NCBI GenBank assembly: GCA_013239625.1
Contig: MU053881.1
Location: 9,695,957 to 9,759,956 of the forward strand
Direction: 5' to 3'
DNA from: Lama guanicoe
Lineage: Eukaryota
Length of the DNA stretch: 64,000 nt
Shown here: positions 1-13,777 of the stretch, piece after piece
Layout of the letters: each line of letters opens with the position of its first letter
Numbering within the stretch: position 1 is the stretch's first letter
Notes under the pieces: generated by a model
The model's database searches: none
What the model saw: only the letters and a program-made list of their open reading frames with translations
Told to the model about the DNA's origin: nothing
Program-made: the position numbers and the translations under genes

Positions 1-269
1 GCTTACTAGACAGAGAATTACAGAGGTATAATTCACTACTTAGAAGTTTGTGGAGTTCACCATTTTTTTTTTGGTCAGTTACAATGACTCTTGCTCAAGG
101 TGGACAGTGTTAACCATTTCCTTGCACAAGAAAAGCAGAAGAAGTAGTCATGAGCAGGTACTCTGAGTTAGTGCAAGAAAAAAAACCCATCAACTTCATC
201 TCTGAAAAATTTGTATTTCCGGATGTCCTAAACTTCAAATAAGGAATGAAGGAATTTTACTTTATTAGC

Positions 270-435
270 TAAGGCACAGTCTGACCATGTTACTTCACGT
301 GTGTTATTTTTTTCCTTCCCATCTGTAAAACAAGGCTACTTACACTACCTGGGCACACGGGTGTTATGAGGAATAAATGGTGTCACGTTTTATAAAGTGC
401 TGGGCCAAACAGCAGGCACATACTAAGACCTCATG
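270..435 (+). mobile_element. MIR fragment
   Basis: MIR core catctgtaaaa...gttatgaggaataaatg...aaagtgct...ggcacatactaag. Confidence 0.6.
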
Positions 436-2369
436 TTTGTTTATCACGTGCTATGGTACCACTTAAATATAATTCATCCAAAAGCTGTGGCCTTCACTGT
501 TGTCATGTTAAAACAATAGTCCTAGTTTCATAAATGTTGTGTTACATGAAAAGGGAAAAAAAAAGGCAAAAGAAATAGAATCAAAGCATTTCTTCCCATT
601 TAAAACAAATATACTACTTCTTTGGAAAGGCATATAAAATATCATGGTGAAATTTGTACGGAGGAACTATTAGGTGTAACGAAAAAAGAGGTTTGCCCCA
701 ACAGCCATAAAGAAGCAGAATGGCTAGCTCTAGTAGGTATCCAAGTGGGAGATTTTTATTCATTTTTCAACAACAGTGAATTTATTGCCAAAAAGTAACA
801 CTCCAGATGTTCTCACCCAGCACTGCCATCGTAGTTCACATACCTAGGAGGCTGTCCATTTCAATGCCAAATGGACAGTATCTCCAGGCAAAGGGTTTGA
901 CCTCCTAAAAGATCGTGTTCCTTTGTAAAATTTAATGGCTGTTCCAACACCAGCTTGTGCTATGTTCTTCACTTACGGTTCATATGTGAACTGAAGAACT
1001 AAGAACTGTACCCTAAAACCAATAAAAAAAAATTCAATTACATTTTGGGATAAATTCCCGTGATATCTTTAACACTAACTTACCCATTTAAGAAATGTAG
1101 TAGTCGTCTCTATGAAAAATGCTCCTAATTCAGATACTTTCCTGGCTGACATTACCAGCAACCTAAACACCAGAGTGATAGATGGAAAAAGTTAAAAATA
1201 TTTCACTCTGTGGTTCCAACATTTCAGAAGCGCAATTGCTGGGAACTAGATTTAAGCTTTAATTAGGAACCGTATATATCACAGGGCTGCTCCTCTCCTG
1301 TGATGAGGCGGGGTGAGAGGTAGGGAACTTTATGTGCATGGGCTGAAATGCAGAGATCACTGAAAAGCAAGTGTGAACAACTCCAAGGCCAAAGAAGCTT
1401 TGAGGAATTTGGAGATTTAAAAGATGATCTCCATAAAACTGGGACCATGTCCATTAATTATACTCTGATTGAGGGGTATGTACTAGATACAGAAATCCAT
1501 TCCTTAAATATTAGTTAGCTTAATTATTATATACATAGATAGTCTTTCATATTTTTAACACTTCGCACCAAGGGGAAAAAAGCGTACTTCACGAAAAGTC
1601 TGTTAATTATACAGACATCTATTTGTTTTGAAAAGCAACTATTTTTAAACTTCTAATTATTAAAAGTAAGCAGAGAGGCAGAGTGATATGGAAAAATTAA
1701 TGGATGGGATGGATTAGAAAGGAAATAAAAGGTGAACAGCACAGAGGAGCCCAACGTGCAGGAAAGGGCTTTTCCCTCCCTTGGCCCCAGTGAACCAGGG
1801 GAGGGAACGGAACCGGGCAGGGCGGGTGCGTGCTGGGCATGTGCCCACGTGCACCTGACCATTTAATCAATATAAACCATCACAGCAGCTCTTTCAAGCC
1901 TAAAATTTAACTTGGGAGCTCATGTCCCTGCTGCAGGGTGTAAATGAGCTGATGTGTACCGCGCGGTGGAGTTGATCCTCTCACGTTTCCTGGTGGGAGC
2001 TCATTTTCCCACAAGTGCCTGATAACCACACACTTGGACAGCCCGGCCTCCGATCCGCTGCCTCCTCTCACGTCTTGACGTGCAGCACAAAGCCGTAAGT
2101 GGGACAGCCTGCAGGACTGATGCTAAAAGCTTTGTTGTGGGAATTCCTAAAGCGGGAGTCCTATAAATAGGACGGTCTGCAATGAGTCAAGTTGTGCACA
2201 CTGACCCAAATAGGAATGATGCATATGATTCACAAATGTGCACATCAAGACGCTGGGACGCGAACGGGCAGGCACGGTTCCCAAGCCGGGGATGTCTCCT
2301 TAGACATAGCCTCAGTGTTTTTATCTGCCTCTCCTTTGAAATGATTTTTGAAACAAACTCCAAACAAAC

Positions 2370-2870
2370 AAACAACTGGAAGGACATAGTTTCAATCTAC
2401 ATGTAGACAAAGAATGAAGAGATCTCAATACAAACACATCTTACAAACTGTTAAGAAAAAGGTGGCACCCCTAATAATATGAAAGACTCTGCCAATCCAC
2501 AAAGATGTGGCGAACGGCAAAACTGATAGAAACACAAACCAACGCATGAAAGGAGGCGCAAGGCGTCTAGGAATCAGGTATAACAAAAACCTTCTTGACT
2601 GGTTAGGTTAAGAAAAAATTTTTTAATTGTTACTACCCAGCGTGATTAATGTGCAGGAAAACCGTCAGGCACACACATCGTGTGCTGGAAGGAGTGTGAA
2701 TGTCTGCCAACATTTTTGGATTTTCTTCCAGCTCTTGTCTATTAAAATTTAAAAATGACATCAACTCTTTTACTCAAAAATCAGTGTGAGGGTTCATCTA
2801 TCCTGTAACAAAGGAAAACGGTCGAGACTCCTTAAATGTCCATTAGCAGGGAAGAAAATCTAGACACACT
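2370..2870 (+). mobile_element. Old L1 (L1ME-like) 3' fragment, resuming after the LTR at about 3270-3550
   Basis: Degenerate L1 3'-end motifs (tgctggaaggagtgtgaa, attaaaatttaaaaatg, aaatgtccattagcaggg, ctattaaaaagaatga). Confidence 0.5.
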
Positions 2871-2873
2871 CTA

Positions 2874-3267
2874 TGTCTTAGGCTGAGTTCCCCAGGAACT
2901 GGCCCTGAGAGGAGATTTGTGTAAAAATGATTTATTAAGAAGTGCTCCTAGGAGAAACAGCCTGCGAGGAGGCACAGGGAGGGGAGGGGGACCACTGTGC
3001 AATTTTCAGCAGTGTCCCACCGTGGCAACTGGCTCAGTCACAGAGAGAAGTTCTGGACGCTGCGGGGGTCACAGTCAGTGTTGTTCCCAGCAGTCCCCTG
3101 CACCTGTCAGTCATCGGTTCCAGGCTGCCCGCAGGGGATGAAAAGTCAGCTCGGGTAGCTGGAGCCAAGCCCCTCAGAGAGAAGCAGGTGCTGGCTGGTG
3201 GAAGTGAGAGCACACCAGGAGCCGGCGGCCACAGAAATGGCGGAGAGATTGAACCTCACCTGTGGCA
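2874..3267 (-). mobile_element. ERVL solo LTR, LTR16C-like
   Basis: TG...CA ends. tgtcttaggctgagttcccc...tgatttattaagaagtgctcc...gtcagtcatcggtt...gcaggtgctggc resembles the reverse complement of the LTR16 family. Confidence 0.7.
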
Positions 3268-3549
3268 CGATAGTGTATAACGTGCTATTAAAAAGAATGA
3301 ATGAGGTATGTACATTTAACTCTAGGGCTGATCATCATATATAAGAGCAGTAGGAGGAGCATATTAGACAATAACAGGGATGATGAAACACCAGATTTTT
3401 TTTTCCTGGGAATGGGGCACCTTATTGAACGATCAATTTATATAAGCCTACACTAAAGTGTGGAATGAGAAGCATCAAAATATTAACATAAAAATTACCC
3501 AAGGGTGGTACGGGAGGTAGACTGAAGAAACAGTGAGCAGAGAGAATTA

Positions 3550-3552
<3 letters not shown>

Positions 3553-3588
<36 letters not shown>

Positions 3589-3610
3589 ATACACACAGAC
3601 ACACACACAG
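3553..3610. repeat. (TA)n(CA)n microsatellite
   Basis: Directly visible. Confidence 0.95.
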
Positions 3611-4464
3611 ATATATTTTATACTTTTGTGTTGCCTATGCATGCATTGCATTCATAAATTAACAGCCAAGTAAGGCAAAAGATTAAATATGCTTCATCAA
3701 AATTAACTTCTGCAAGCTCTTTTCCTTAAATTGGAAATGCTCAGATTAAAATACTTTCTCAGAGCGAACAGGCTTGTCCTTTTTAACTGCAAGCTGGGAA
3801 ATGCCTTTGACTGAAGGCTCTGTGTACGTTCCTGAAATTAACAGACAAGCAGACCCAGTCATCCTGGGCAACGGAGGGATGAGGGAAAAAGCAAGGGACA
3901 TGTGCATGTTGAAGCATTCCAGTAACGATATTCAGAGTGCAGGCGCCTCCCTTGTTTATAACACTGCAAAGAATCGATAGCAGGAAAATGAGTAAATGAA
4001 TTAAAATGTGTCAGACAGAATCACGCACTGCACAGGCATTAAATTATATTTTTGAAAATTTTTATTGACCAAAAAAGCATAATATAATCTGAGGTTTAAA
4101 AAAAAAAAAGGAGTATGCAGTGCTGTGTAAATAAGTAACTCATTACATAAAGTTAAATATATCGTGTACCTGTGCTCCTGTACGTGCACAGATACACACA
4201 CAAGTAAATAAAACTGTGTTTCTCTAGAATAACTCGTGCCATCTAAATGTTGACAGCAGCTAGATGTAGGTTCCAGGAACACGTCTGAATTTTAAACTTT
4301 CTTCCTTTTACTTTTTCTGTATTGTTTTACTTTCAGAAATGCCATGCTTCAGCATTTTCATCAAGTAAAAGCAAATCAAATTAGAAAACAGCTTGCTTTA
4401 AAAAAAAAAAAAAGGGAGAAAGAAATATGTGTAAAGAAACACGCTCCCTTCTACTTAGCAATTT

Positions 4465-4660
4465 GGGCAGATTAAGCCACTATATAAAAACATAGGTTTT
4501 AAAAAGTTTCTTTTGTATAGCACAGGGAACTATGTTCAATATCTTGTAATAATTTTTAATGGAAAGGAATATGAAAATAAATGTATGTACGTATATGCAT
4601 GACTGGGACATTGTGCTGTGCACCACATTGTAATTGACTGCACTTCAATTAAAAAAAAAT
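4465..4660 (+). mobile_element. 5'-truncated camelid-type L1 3' end
   Basis: gtatagcacagggaactatgttcaatatcttgtaata...gcatgactgggacattgtgctgt...cttcaatt followed by an A tail. Confidence 0.85.
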
Positions 4661-7600
4661 AAGAATGGAATAAGGGTGTGTACTTTCTCTTCTAATGTTG
4701 AACTAACCAAAACTTTTCTAAGAAGTATTGAGCATCTGGGTTATTTTTACGTTTTTTGTAAAATTTACAGTAAGTATATTAACCTGGTACCCAGGCCATA
4801 GCATTTCTGGAATCTCAGGGCTTCCAGGCTGGCTCAAAGGATAATAAAGTTGGGGGGAAACCCAAGACTTCAGGTCCTTTAGGACTAGGAAAGCTAGTCC
4901 AGGCTCGATGGGTCTGTGTCCGCCTCCTACTACAATTAAAGACTTCAGCAGTTAGAGTAGGAATTGGCATTCCCTGTCAGCAAGCACATCCACATAGATG
5001 AGAAAGAATAAACTTTTTTTTTTAATTAAACATATTGGAAACATAACACTGAGTTAAAAGTTTGGTATACTACACATTATCTTGTCATCTGCCCTCTTAG
5101 AAGCCAAGGGCACCACATTTTAAAAGTCCGAAATGATGGACACAGAGTAACATCCTCCAGTTAAAAAATATCACAGTGCTCCTGGAGAATGTTCTGCAGG
5201 CTTCAGTTAAAAACTAGCTTTCTCTTGGACCGACAAATTAAGGAAGTAAATATATTTGATACTCAGGGAGTGGGCGACAAAACTTCTTTACATCCTTCAG
5301 ATGTTGTCTCCCCTCCACAGACCATTCCCAACATCCAACAGCTCTTTCTGTGAAGTGGTGCCCACCGCGTGCAGAAGCAGTAAAGGACACCAGAGCAGAA
5401 AGTCCGTGAACCCGCACTGCATTGCTGCAGAGACGGCGAGGCAGCAAAGGGACTCACAGAGTCCAGTTGAAAGGAAAACAAAACCAAACCCCAACCAACT
5501 TCCTTTCTAGAATTTGTTTAAATTTCTCTTTTTGTTTTTTCTTCATGATTTGCATTGTAGACATTTTCTTGATTTTTTACTTTCTTTTTTTGTTTTTTAA
5601 TGAATGAATGAATGAATGAATCACTTTCTTTTTCCTGACTCTGTATTCCAATCATCTTAGGAAAACAGGCAGAAAGGAAGGTCAGTTCAGGAGTGAGGTT
5701 TAGGTGAATAATTATGATCAGACAATTCTTTTTACTTGATTCTAAAGTACAGCTGACAGGCTCCATTCCCACACTCCTGTCACACAAGCCGGCTACAGGG
5801 TGGAAGAAAAGCTCTTCTCTGACACTGAACAACGCCAGGCCCTTCTAATCCAGCGAAGCACACTGCCTAAAAGGAGCACAGCTCCAAGCCAGAAGACTAT
5901 TAAAAATCTTTTTATATCTCAAGTTTTATTTGCAGACTAACGTACCTACTCATAACCAAATAATAAGCCATGTACGTATTCAAAGAGTAATAACATTTCC
6001 CATCTTTGATTTTAAACACAAAGATTTCTAAAAAGTAAAGCCAATGAATCTAGCAAATACAATAAGACTTTAGAGAATATGCCATTAATTATCTTCTTTG
6101 CAACTGTATTTTTTAAATTCCTGCCTGAAATTGAAAAAGTATCAGATTACATAATACTGCCACCAATAAATAAGTTTTGTAAGTGATGGTTTCTCTATAT
6201 ACTGTAAAATGATACTTTATTGCAGGGCAAGGCATAGCTAACTTAAAGCAAATATAGTACAGTTTATATGAAACATCATCTTTTTGCAACAGATCAAAAA
6301 CAGAAACTCAACTTTTCTTTTGGCAAGACATAACGCAATCTTGTATTTTTTCAAATGTGACACAAAACTAAGTCTTTTTCCTCATCAGGAAAAACTAAAA
6401 TTATATGTTTTCCCGAAATATATTTCAGTGACTAAATTTTAAAACATCCTTCAATACATCAAATTCAGTCTATCTTAATGGAGAAGTGCAGCGCTGTGAA
6501 TTACCCATTATGCTGGAGAATCCAGAAGTCGTTTTAATTGGTTTTGAATGAAAGCATTATTCTGCATTTCTAATCATGTTTCTACCCCTAAGGCTAATAT
6601 TAAAAATGAATTACAATTCCTGAGCAAAGGAACTGACTCGGAATCATGGCTGGGATTAACATTTTGTTACAGATAATCCACAAACTAGAGAGTCCAAACG
6701 CCTATAAGTGAGAGTTGACGACATTTTCCAAGTAAGAAGCTAAAACGCTCATTAGATACACTCCATGTTAATAATGAACCATCTGAAAAGAATACATGTG
6801 TTATGCAAAGCGTTCTACATTCTATTGTATAATGTGAGTCCCTCTTCTAAGATCACCAGTCTAAGCATTTATTCACTGAATTTGATTAGAGTTCTAGAAA
6901 CCAGACACTTGCAGGGCTGTCAACTGTCTTGCCCTGAATTACACATATCTTCAAAAAATGTCCTTGTAAATTTAAGACATAAAAGAAGTTCTACCTTTGC
7001 AATCAGGCAACAAACGGTGATTGTCAATCACAAAGACACACTTACGAGTTTAAAATAAACCTGACATCATGGTCACAATAAATGAAATTATGCTACAAGA
7101 CACAGCTTGTCATTTGTGCCACAATGGGTTTTCAAGGAAAACTTCAAATATTAATGAGGACATATAAACTGACCTACTGGCTGACAATTAGGTAACTCGC
7201 ATTTGAGCACCGGAAGTCATTTGCATAATGAAATACCCTTCCCCCAATTATCCAAATCACAGTTTAAAAGGAAAAGAACACTCAAGAAGAGGTTTTTATT
7301 TGTAGGGACATTTTAATGAGGTGATAGGTATCTTAATAAGTGTTCTCGGGTGAAGACACCTGGATCATTAAACAGCAATTCTGCTGTATCCCATATTAAT
7401 TCATAGGAAGATTTTATCAGGTCTGTTTAATTTACCAGAGACTTGAACTACTCAGTATCACTTACATGGTTTAAAGTAAACCAATTTAAACAAAAGATGA
7501 AATAAATGGCAAGTTTGGATGATTTGCGTTTTTCAGATATTTTTCTTTTAGCTCAACAATAATTCACCACAAGTACAAATCAGGAAGATCTGCATGAAAT

Positions 7601-7816
7601 TAACTTCAAAGCAGCTTTGCAAATGAGTCCTAGAGGGCTTTATGAAAAAAAAGTCACCAAGCAAAAGAAGAATTTTAAATATATTAATCATATTTAATTA
7701 TTTCTTATGCGGAGGAACTTTAAGGAGGAAGAAAAATCCCTATCATTGCAAAATTATCTTTCAAGAGTCTAATATTTCTTAAGAGGAAACTCCTACCTGG
7801 AATAATTAAAAGGCAT

Positions 7817-7877
7817 TTATTATTATTATTATTATTATTGTTGTTGTTGTTGTTGTTGTTATTATTATTATTATTAT
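7817..7877. repeat. Compound (TTA)n(TTG)n(TTA)n microsatellite
   Basis: Directly visible. Confidence 0.95.
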
Positions 7878-10214
7878 GACGACAATGACGACTGATTGAT
7901 TATTAAGCAATTTTGGTTATAATTTATTTCACTCCAGATTGCTTCAACTCACTGGAGTTACTCTTTTCTCAAGAAGAGATTTCTAAATATAGTGTTAATT
8001 TTTTTAAAAAATAGGAAGTTAACATACAACTTAATAGCTTACGGTAAGTTTCATTTAGGGAATGCAGCATGTTTTATAGGTATTTTCACAACTTGTTTGC
8101 ATTGCTTTAGGCCCAAATTTCCTTCTTTAAGAGGTTGAACTAAATGTTCTCCCAAGTGATTTACAGCTCTGGAATGGTTACGCTACTCCGTGATATTTTT
8201 CTGAGAAAGACTGTTTTTTTCCCCTAATTCTTTTTTCATAGGAACTACAGAGACTGTCCAAAAATATCCCGTGTCATTTTACTGTTACAAGAAGGGGAAA
8301 ATATTATTGGGAATAATAGAATCAATTTGATATAAGTACAAAAAGGGCTTTTATGTGATATGAATTAAATCAACTCAGGCAAGCAACTCCTTCTGTTAAG
8401 TGACTCACTGAATAAGCAAAGGGAGGAACAGCAGAAAGGAAAATAAAATAAGAATTTGACAATCCAATGAGATTTGTCTATTAAAAAAGAAAGAGAGAGT
8501 GAGAACTACAGGAATAGTCAAAGCCCAGCTATCAACCAGCTTGTACGTGCTCTTTCCTGCATAAAACAATCCCTGCCACTGACACGTTGTTTCTTTTGAC
8601 CCAATGGGCTGCTCCCACGGAGAAAGTAGAAGGCAGCATTTGTAACAACATGTGATGGGGATTCTACAGCCTGCTTTGAAAAAGCCTAACATTTGATTGA
8701 CTTTAATAGTCAAGAACTGTAAAAAAATAAGGAACATTGAATACGTTTTTGCTATTACTGTTACTGGTGTTTTTTTTTTTTTAATTCCACTTTGGGTAGG
8801 TCTTGGACAGTGTCCTTTTCATGCAACAAAGTATAACGGCAGTGAGACATGTCACCGTAACTCCTTCAGCCCCATAAATCAGACCAGTGCTGCTCTGTAC
8901 AGAAATCAAGATTCAACATCTGAGATTACTGCATACACTCTGGAGAATAAGCTATGTGAAATACGTATGAATGCCTGGAGAATGATTTTTCCATAAGCTC
9001 GAAGGAAATGAGAGTAACTCATGATATTGGGAGTGTTAGGAGGTAATTTCCTTTCCGTATCAAACTTCAGGACCTTTAACCAAGGCTTTTATGCATGAAG
9101 ACTCTAAGGCCAAACTTTCTTTCTTGAAATGTATACCCATAAACTTACAACTTTAGGGCTTCCCCTCAAATCAAAATAGTGTCTTAATTTAGAAATGCGG
9201 AACTTCTGGATCTTTACAATCTTTGAGGTAGCTTTTGCACCAGCCTAAAATTTCTATCTCAAAAGCTCCAAAGGATGACAAAATTAATTAATTGGTCGAT
9301 TCACTAACCAATCCATCAGCCAATGTATTGGCTAACTGACTAAATTGTCATTTCGTATCAGGCAAATAGAAACAAAGTTTAAAAAAAACCTGATTTTTAC
9401 TCTAGGAAGTCCAATGATCCGAGAGCTTTTACATGAGTAAATTATAGACTGTTTTAAACCACCTGATTAAATTTTGAAAAGAATAACTTTCTATGAATAG
9501 AACTAAAAGTTCCAATGATCTTATCTATATACATAATCATTGATTTATACAATATCATTTATAATAAATTTAACCATTTATTCATTCCAAAAACTAGGTC
9601 TGTACAAGGTATTCATATCTCTATGTGTAAAAATATTGTTTTAAAATGTTCCAAGCTACTTTCTCCATTTTATTAAATAAATGGGCTCCTAATTAAGCAA
9701 TCAAGCCAGAACAAATATATGATATACTCCAAAAAACAAGTCTATATCAATGGCTCAAACATCTGCTATTTTTGGCACACAGGATTCTTTACCCACTACA
9801 TTTTCAGTGGTCTTTTCTTTAAGCAACAAATATACAAATGAATTTAGTAGTTAGAGGTTACTTTTGAATTATAAAAGCAAACGTGTTCCCAATTATAAAC
9901 TCCTGAGTGAGATTTATAACATAAAACCAGCATATGAACAGTCCAATTTCACAAAGCAAAGCAAAGTAAAACTCATGATTACTAATGGCAGGAGAGGGAA
10001 AATTCTAACAATTCAAATAGGCTTTTGGCATGTATCATTTGACATCTGATAGATTTTTTTTTTAATTTTCTTTTTGATCTCCCTAATTTCTATTTGGTGT
10101 TTGCCGAGTTTCTGACTGGATTAGGTATCTCAGTTTCCATCTCCTGTACTTCCATTAACTGCGTAAACCAATGCAGCCTTGCCTTCCATGGACTGGGATC
10201 TTGCTAAAATGTAA

Positions 10215-11945
10215 CAGTGGCTTAATGGTCAAACACGATGAAGGCTTTCCAGTCCAAATCTAATGAACGCTTCAGCAGTATCTGACATTGACTGTGGTGT
10301 CCTGCTTCTTGAAACTCCTTTCTGCCTTGGTTTTACAGCATTACTCTCACGTGGTCCCTTCCCTTGCATTTTTTTATCCTCCCCAACCCTCCCTCTTCCT
10401 CAGTCTAAGCTGGAAACGCTGGTGTTTCCCAACACTCTAGCTCCACTTCTCTTTTCTCCTCTCTTCTGTCTTCTAAGTCCCCTGGGCAACTTTGCTCACA
10501 CGGACACTCCTGAAGGCTCTTGTTCTTATCTCTTCTTTAAGCTTCAGACTCATACAGTTACCTAGACAGGACATCCCTATGAAAGGCACCTCAAAACCAG
10601 GTGGCTCAAGTTGGACTTCTAATCTTCTCCCCCCAAGCTTGCTCTACTCTGACTGCAACTGCTCACTGTCTACCATATGCTCACCATCAACCTGAAGGCA
10701 CCATTGGGTCTTCCTTCCCCCCTCATTTCTACCTCCAATTAAGTCATGCCGATTCCTCTTCCAAAATATGCTGGACATCCCTTGTCTTCTCTCCATCCTA
10801 ACTTTCAACAACTGAGTCAGCTTGAGCAGCATCTCTCATCAGGATCAACATGCTGGTCTTTCCTTTATCTCAAACTCACTCACGCCAGGACTCAGTCACC
10901 TAGTCTTTTCCTGATCTTGCTACCAGTCAACCTGTCTTCAGCGGGTCCTCACTGCTTTTAAGTGTGGTTTTGGGATTTACCCCTCAAAAGATATTCTTTC
11001 TCCATAAATGATGCCACCATTTAATTTAATGCTCAAACCAAAACCTTGGTTCTTTTCTTACTCTTATTTTTTGCATCCAAAACAAGAGCTGTCAATTCCA
11101 CATCAAAAACACATCCCGTATCTCTTGCGTCTTGCTCCTGCTACAACCCTCACCTGAGTTCATCAGTGCCTGAGAGTTTCAGGACAAAATTACGATGGTG
11201 CTGATTATATCCCTCCAGTGTCTTTGAAACATATTTCTCTTTCCCTCTATCTCCTATGAATTGATTATTGGAGCTAGAAGTTTGATAGCTATTCACTTTA
11301 AGCAGATTCATTGAGATATCATTTAGATACAGTACCATTCAAGGGAGGGTAATCACTTTTTTTAATATTAATATGACCATAGCCCTCTTCTGCTTAAAAT
11401 AATTCAATAAATTCTTACTGCACTGAGAATAAAATCTAAAAATTCTTCACTGAGGCCTCACAATCTGGTCACTGACCAGAACTCATCACAGCCTACTCTT
11501 CTTCCCTGACCTCGAAACCGCATCCGGTCTTCCCTCCATCCCTCCGACACTCCATGACCATTCCCACTTCACGGCCTTGGCACTTACTGTTCCTTTTGCC
11601 TGAGAAAATCCCACACCTGTCCAAGTACCTGATTCCTTCTGGTTACTGAGTTCCTGGCTCAAAGACCATGGCTTCAGAAAAGCCTTCTCTGTCCACCCTA
11701 TCTAAATTAACTGGTCCACGCACGCACACAGATGAACACTTAGGTACGTACACATCACTCCCACTGGTCTTCCAAGTCCTTATCACTTTCTGAAATTATT
11801 TTGATCATTCACTTGTTTACTTAGTTTTTGTCTATCTCATCCCACTAGACCATAAACCACATGTCTATTTCCTACCCCAGTGCTGAAATCAGTGCCTGGT
11901 ACTTAGAGATTCCATAAACGTTTGCTAAATAAACCAGTGACTCAT
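10215..11945 (+). mobile_element. L2 remnants
   Basis: Pyrimidine-rich L2 body (cttcttgaaactcct, aatgctcaaaccaaaacctt, ataaaatctaaa, aagccttctct) and L2 tail cagtgcctggtact...ataaacgtttgctaaataaa. Confidence 0.7.
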
Positions 11946-12222
11946 GAATGATCTGACTCCGGTAACTTCCCATTCTCCTCACTGTTGCTCTGCTTCAGGT
12001 GAACTGAATGAAGACATCTGCTTTCCCCAGATCCACCACACTCCCTCTGGCCTCTGGGCCCTTGCATGTGATATCCGATTTGCCTTCTTTCTGTCTCCAT
12101 TTTTGCCATGTTCATTCAGACTCATTCTTTACATTTCAGTTAAACACAAAAAGCCATTCACTGATGCCACAGCCACAGTAAACTGTACGTATAAAATATG
12201 CCGTTTGTACTTGAGGGGGAGC

Positions 12223-12430
12223 CCAGTAGAATGGTGGTCAAGAATATGGTTCTGGAGTCACATGGCCTAGACCTCAGTCTCTGCTCCATATCTGACATAT
12301 TGAGGTTAATTCCAGAAAATCTCTTTGCCTCAGCTTCCTCTTCTTATGAAGAATGGGACTCTTTGGAGCATTACATGATATGATACATGTAAAGCGTTTA
12401 GAACATTGGCTTGATAAATATCAGCTATTT
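12223..12430 (+). mobile_element. MIR
   Basis: gtggtcaagaatatggttctggagtca...gcctcagcttcctc...tgtaaagcgtttagaaca. Confidence 0.7.
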
Positions 12431-13372
12431 TAATGAAGTATTACGGACTTTATTTAGCATCTCATACTGAAATGATTTGGTTTCTGTCTGCTTCTTACCA
12501 CCAGCAGGTCTTGGTCTGGCAGACTTTTTCTTTCTTTCATTTTTCTAATCCCAGGCCTGGGCATAACTCCTGACACAGCATAGTACTCCATACACATCTT
12601 GTGAGTGACTACACGTGAATTTGGTTTCCTGGGGCCAGTCACACTCCTGGTGGAGGAAGGGGGGTGTCCAAAGGCATGTGAATAAAAACCAGGAATGCAA
12701 GCCACCACTAGTTTCACTGATAAAAAACCAAATATGCCTGGGATAACTGCTGTGCTTGTATGCAGACAGGGAGAGGGTAGCTAATCCAAATGGTCTGAAA
12801 AAATCAGAAAAAAAAAAAAAAAGAATGGAAAGTTCCAATTCCAACCTAAAGCCCTGTCCTTTGAACACATCGCTTTCTCACCTTAGAAGGAAACATTCAG
12901 TCTATTCTGCTGTAAAACCAAGAGCTAACATCATCCTATTCAGGTACAAAATCTTTGGTTCACATAGTCAGTAATCCATAAGCTCAAAAATTCCAGAGCA
13001 GGTCAAATCTAGCTGTCTATACGAGCCCATAAACTCATAAAAAAACAGAACCAGTGTTGCTGCATTGCCTGTGAACCACTGCAAATCATACTTTAGATAA
13101 GGATGGCACACTTTTTCTATAAAATGGACAAACAGTAAATATTTTAGGACTGTGGGTCATACTAATCATTACCACTGTTACACTGCAAAAAAAAAAAAAA
13201 GCAGCCACCAAAAACAGGCAACTGAATGGGCATGGCTCTGTTCCAATAAAATTTTATTTATGGACACAGACTTTTTAATTTTATACAATTTTTAAGAGTC
13301 ATGAAATATGACCCTTCTTTTGATTTTTTTCCCCCCAACCCCTTGAGGGAAAAAAAAATTTTTATCTTTTGG

Positions 13373-13777
13373 GCATGCTGAAAAGAAGTTCACATTTTAA
13401 GGCCAAACAAGCAAATTTCAAACACAGAACTTTTCTCTGCCCTTTGGCCTCCTCCTTCCCCTGTAACGTGCACCGTGCATCTGCACTGCGTATTACCCAG
13501 TCCTCCCCCCGGCACAAACACCTGCTCAGCTCTAAAGATCAATCTCTCTCCTTCTGGCACCATCCATGTAACTTAGCATGGTGAAAAGAAGTTCACATTT
13601 TAAGGCCAAACAAGCAAATTTCAAACACAGAACTTTTCTCTGCCCTTTGGCCTCCTCCTTCCCCTGTAACGTGCACCGTGCATCTGCACTGCGTATTACC
13701 CAGTCCTCCCCCCGGCACAAACACCTGCTCAGCTCTAAAGATCAATCTCTCTCCTTCTGGCACCATCCATGTAACTT
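13373..13777 (+). repeat. Direct tandem duplication, period 203 bp
   Basis: 13373-13574 equals 13576-13777 with one mismatch (13378 c vs 13581 g). The ORF track shows identical peptides from both copies. Confidence 0.97.

Noticed and set aside
5238..5510. Cluster of overlapping ORFs, possible exon
   Set aside because: No convincing splice sites or protein similarity; may be regulatory but unsupported.
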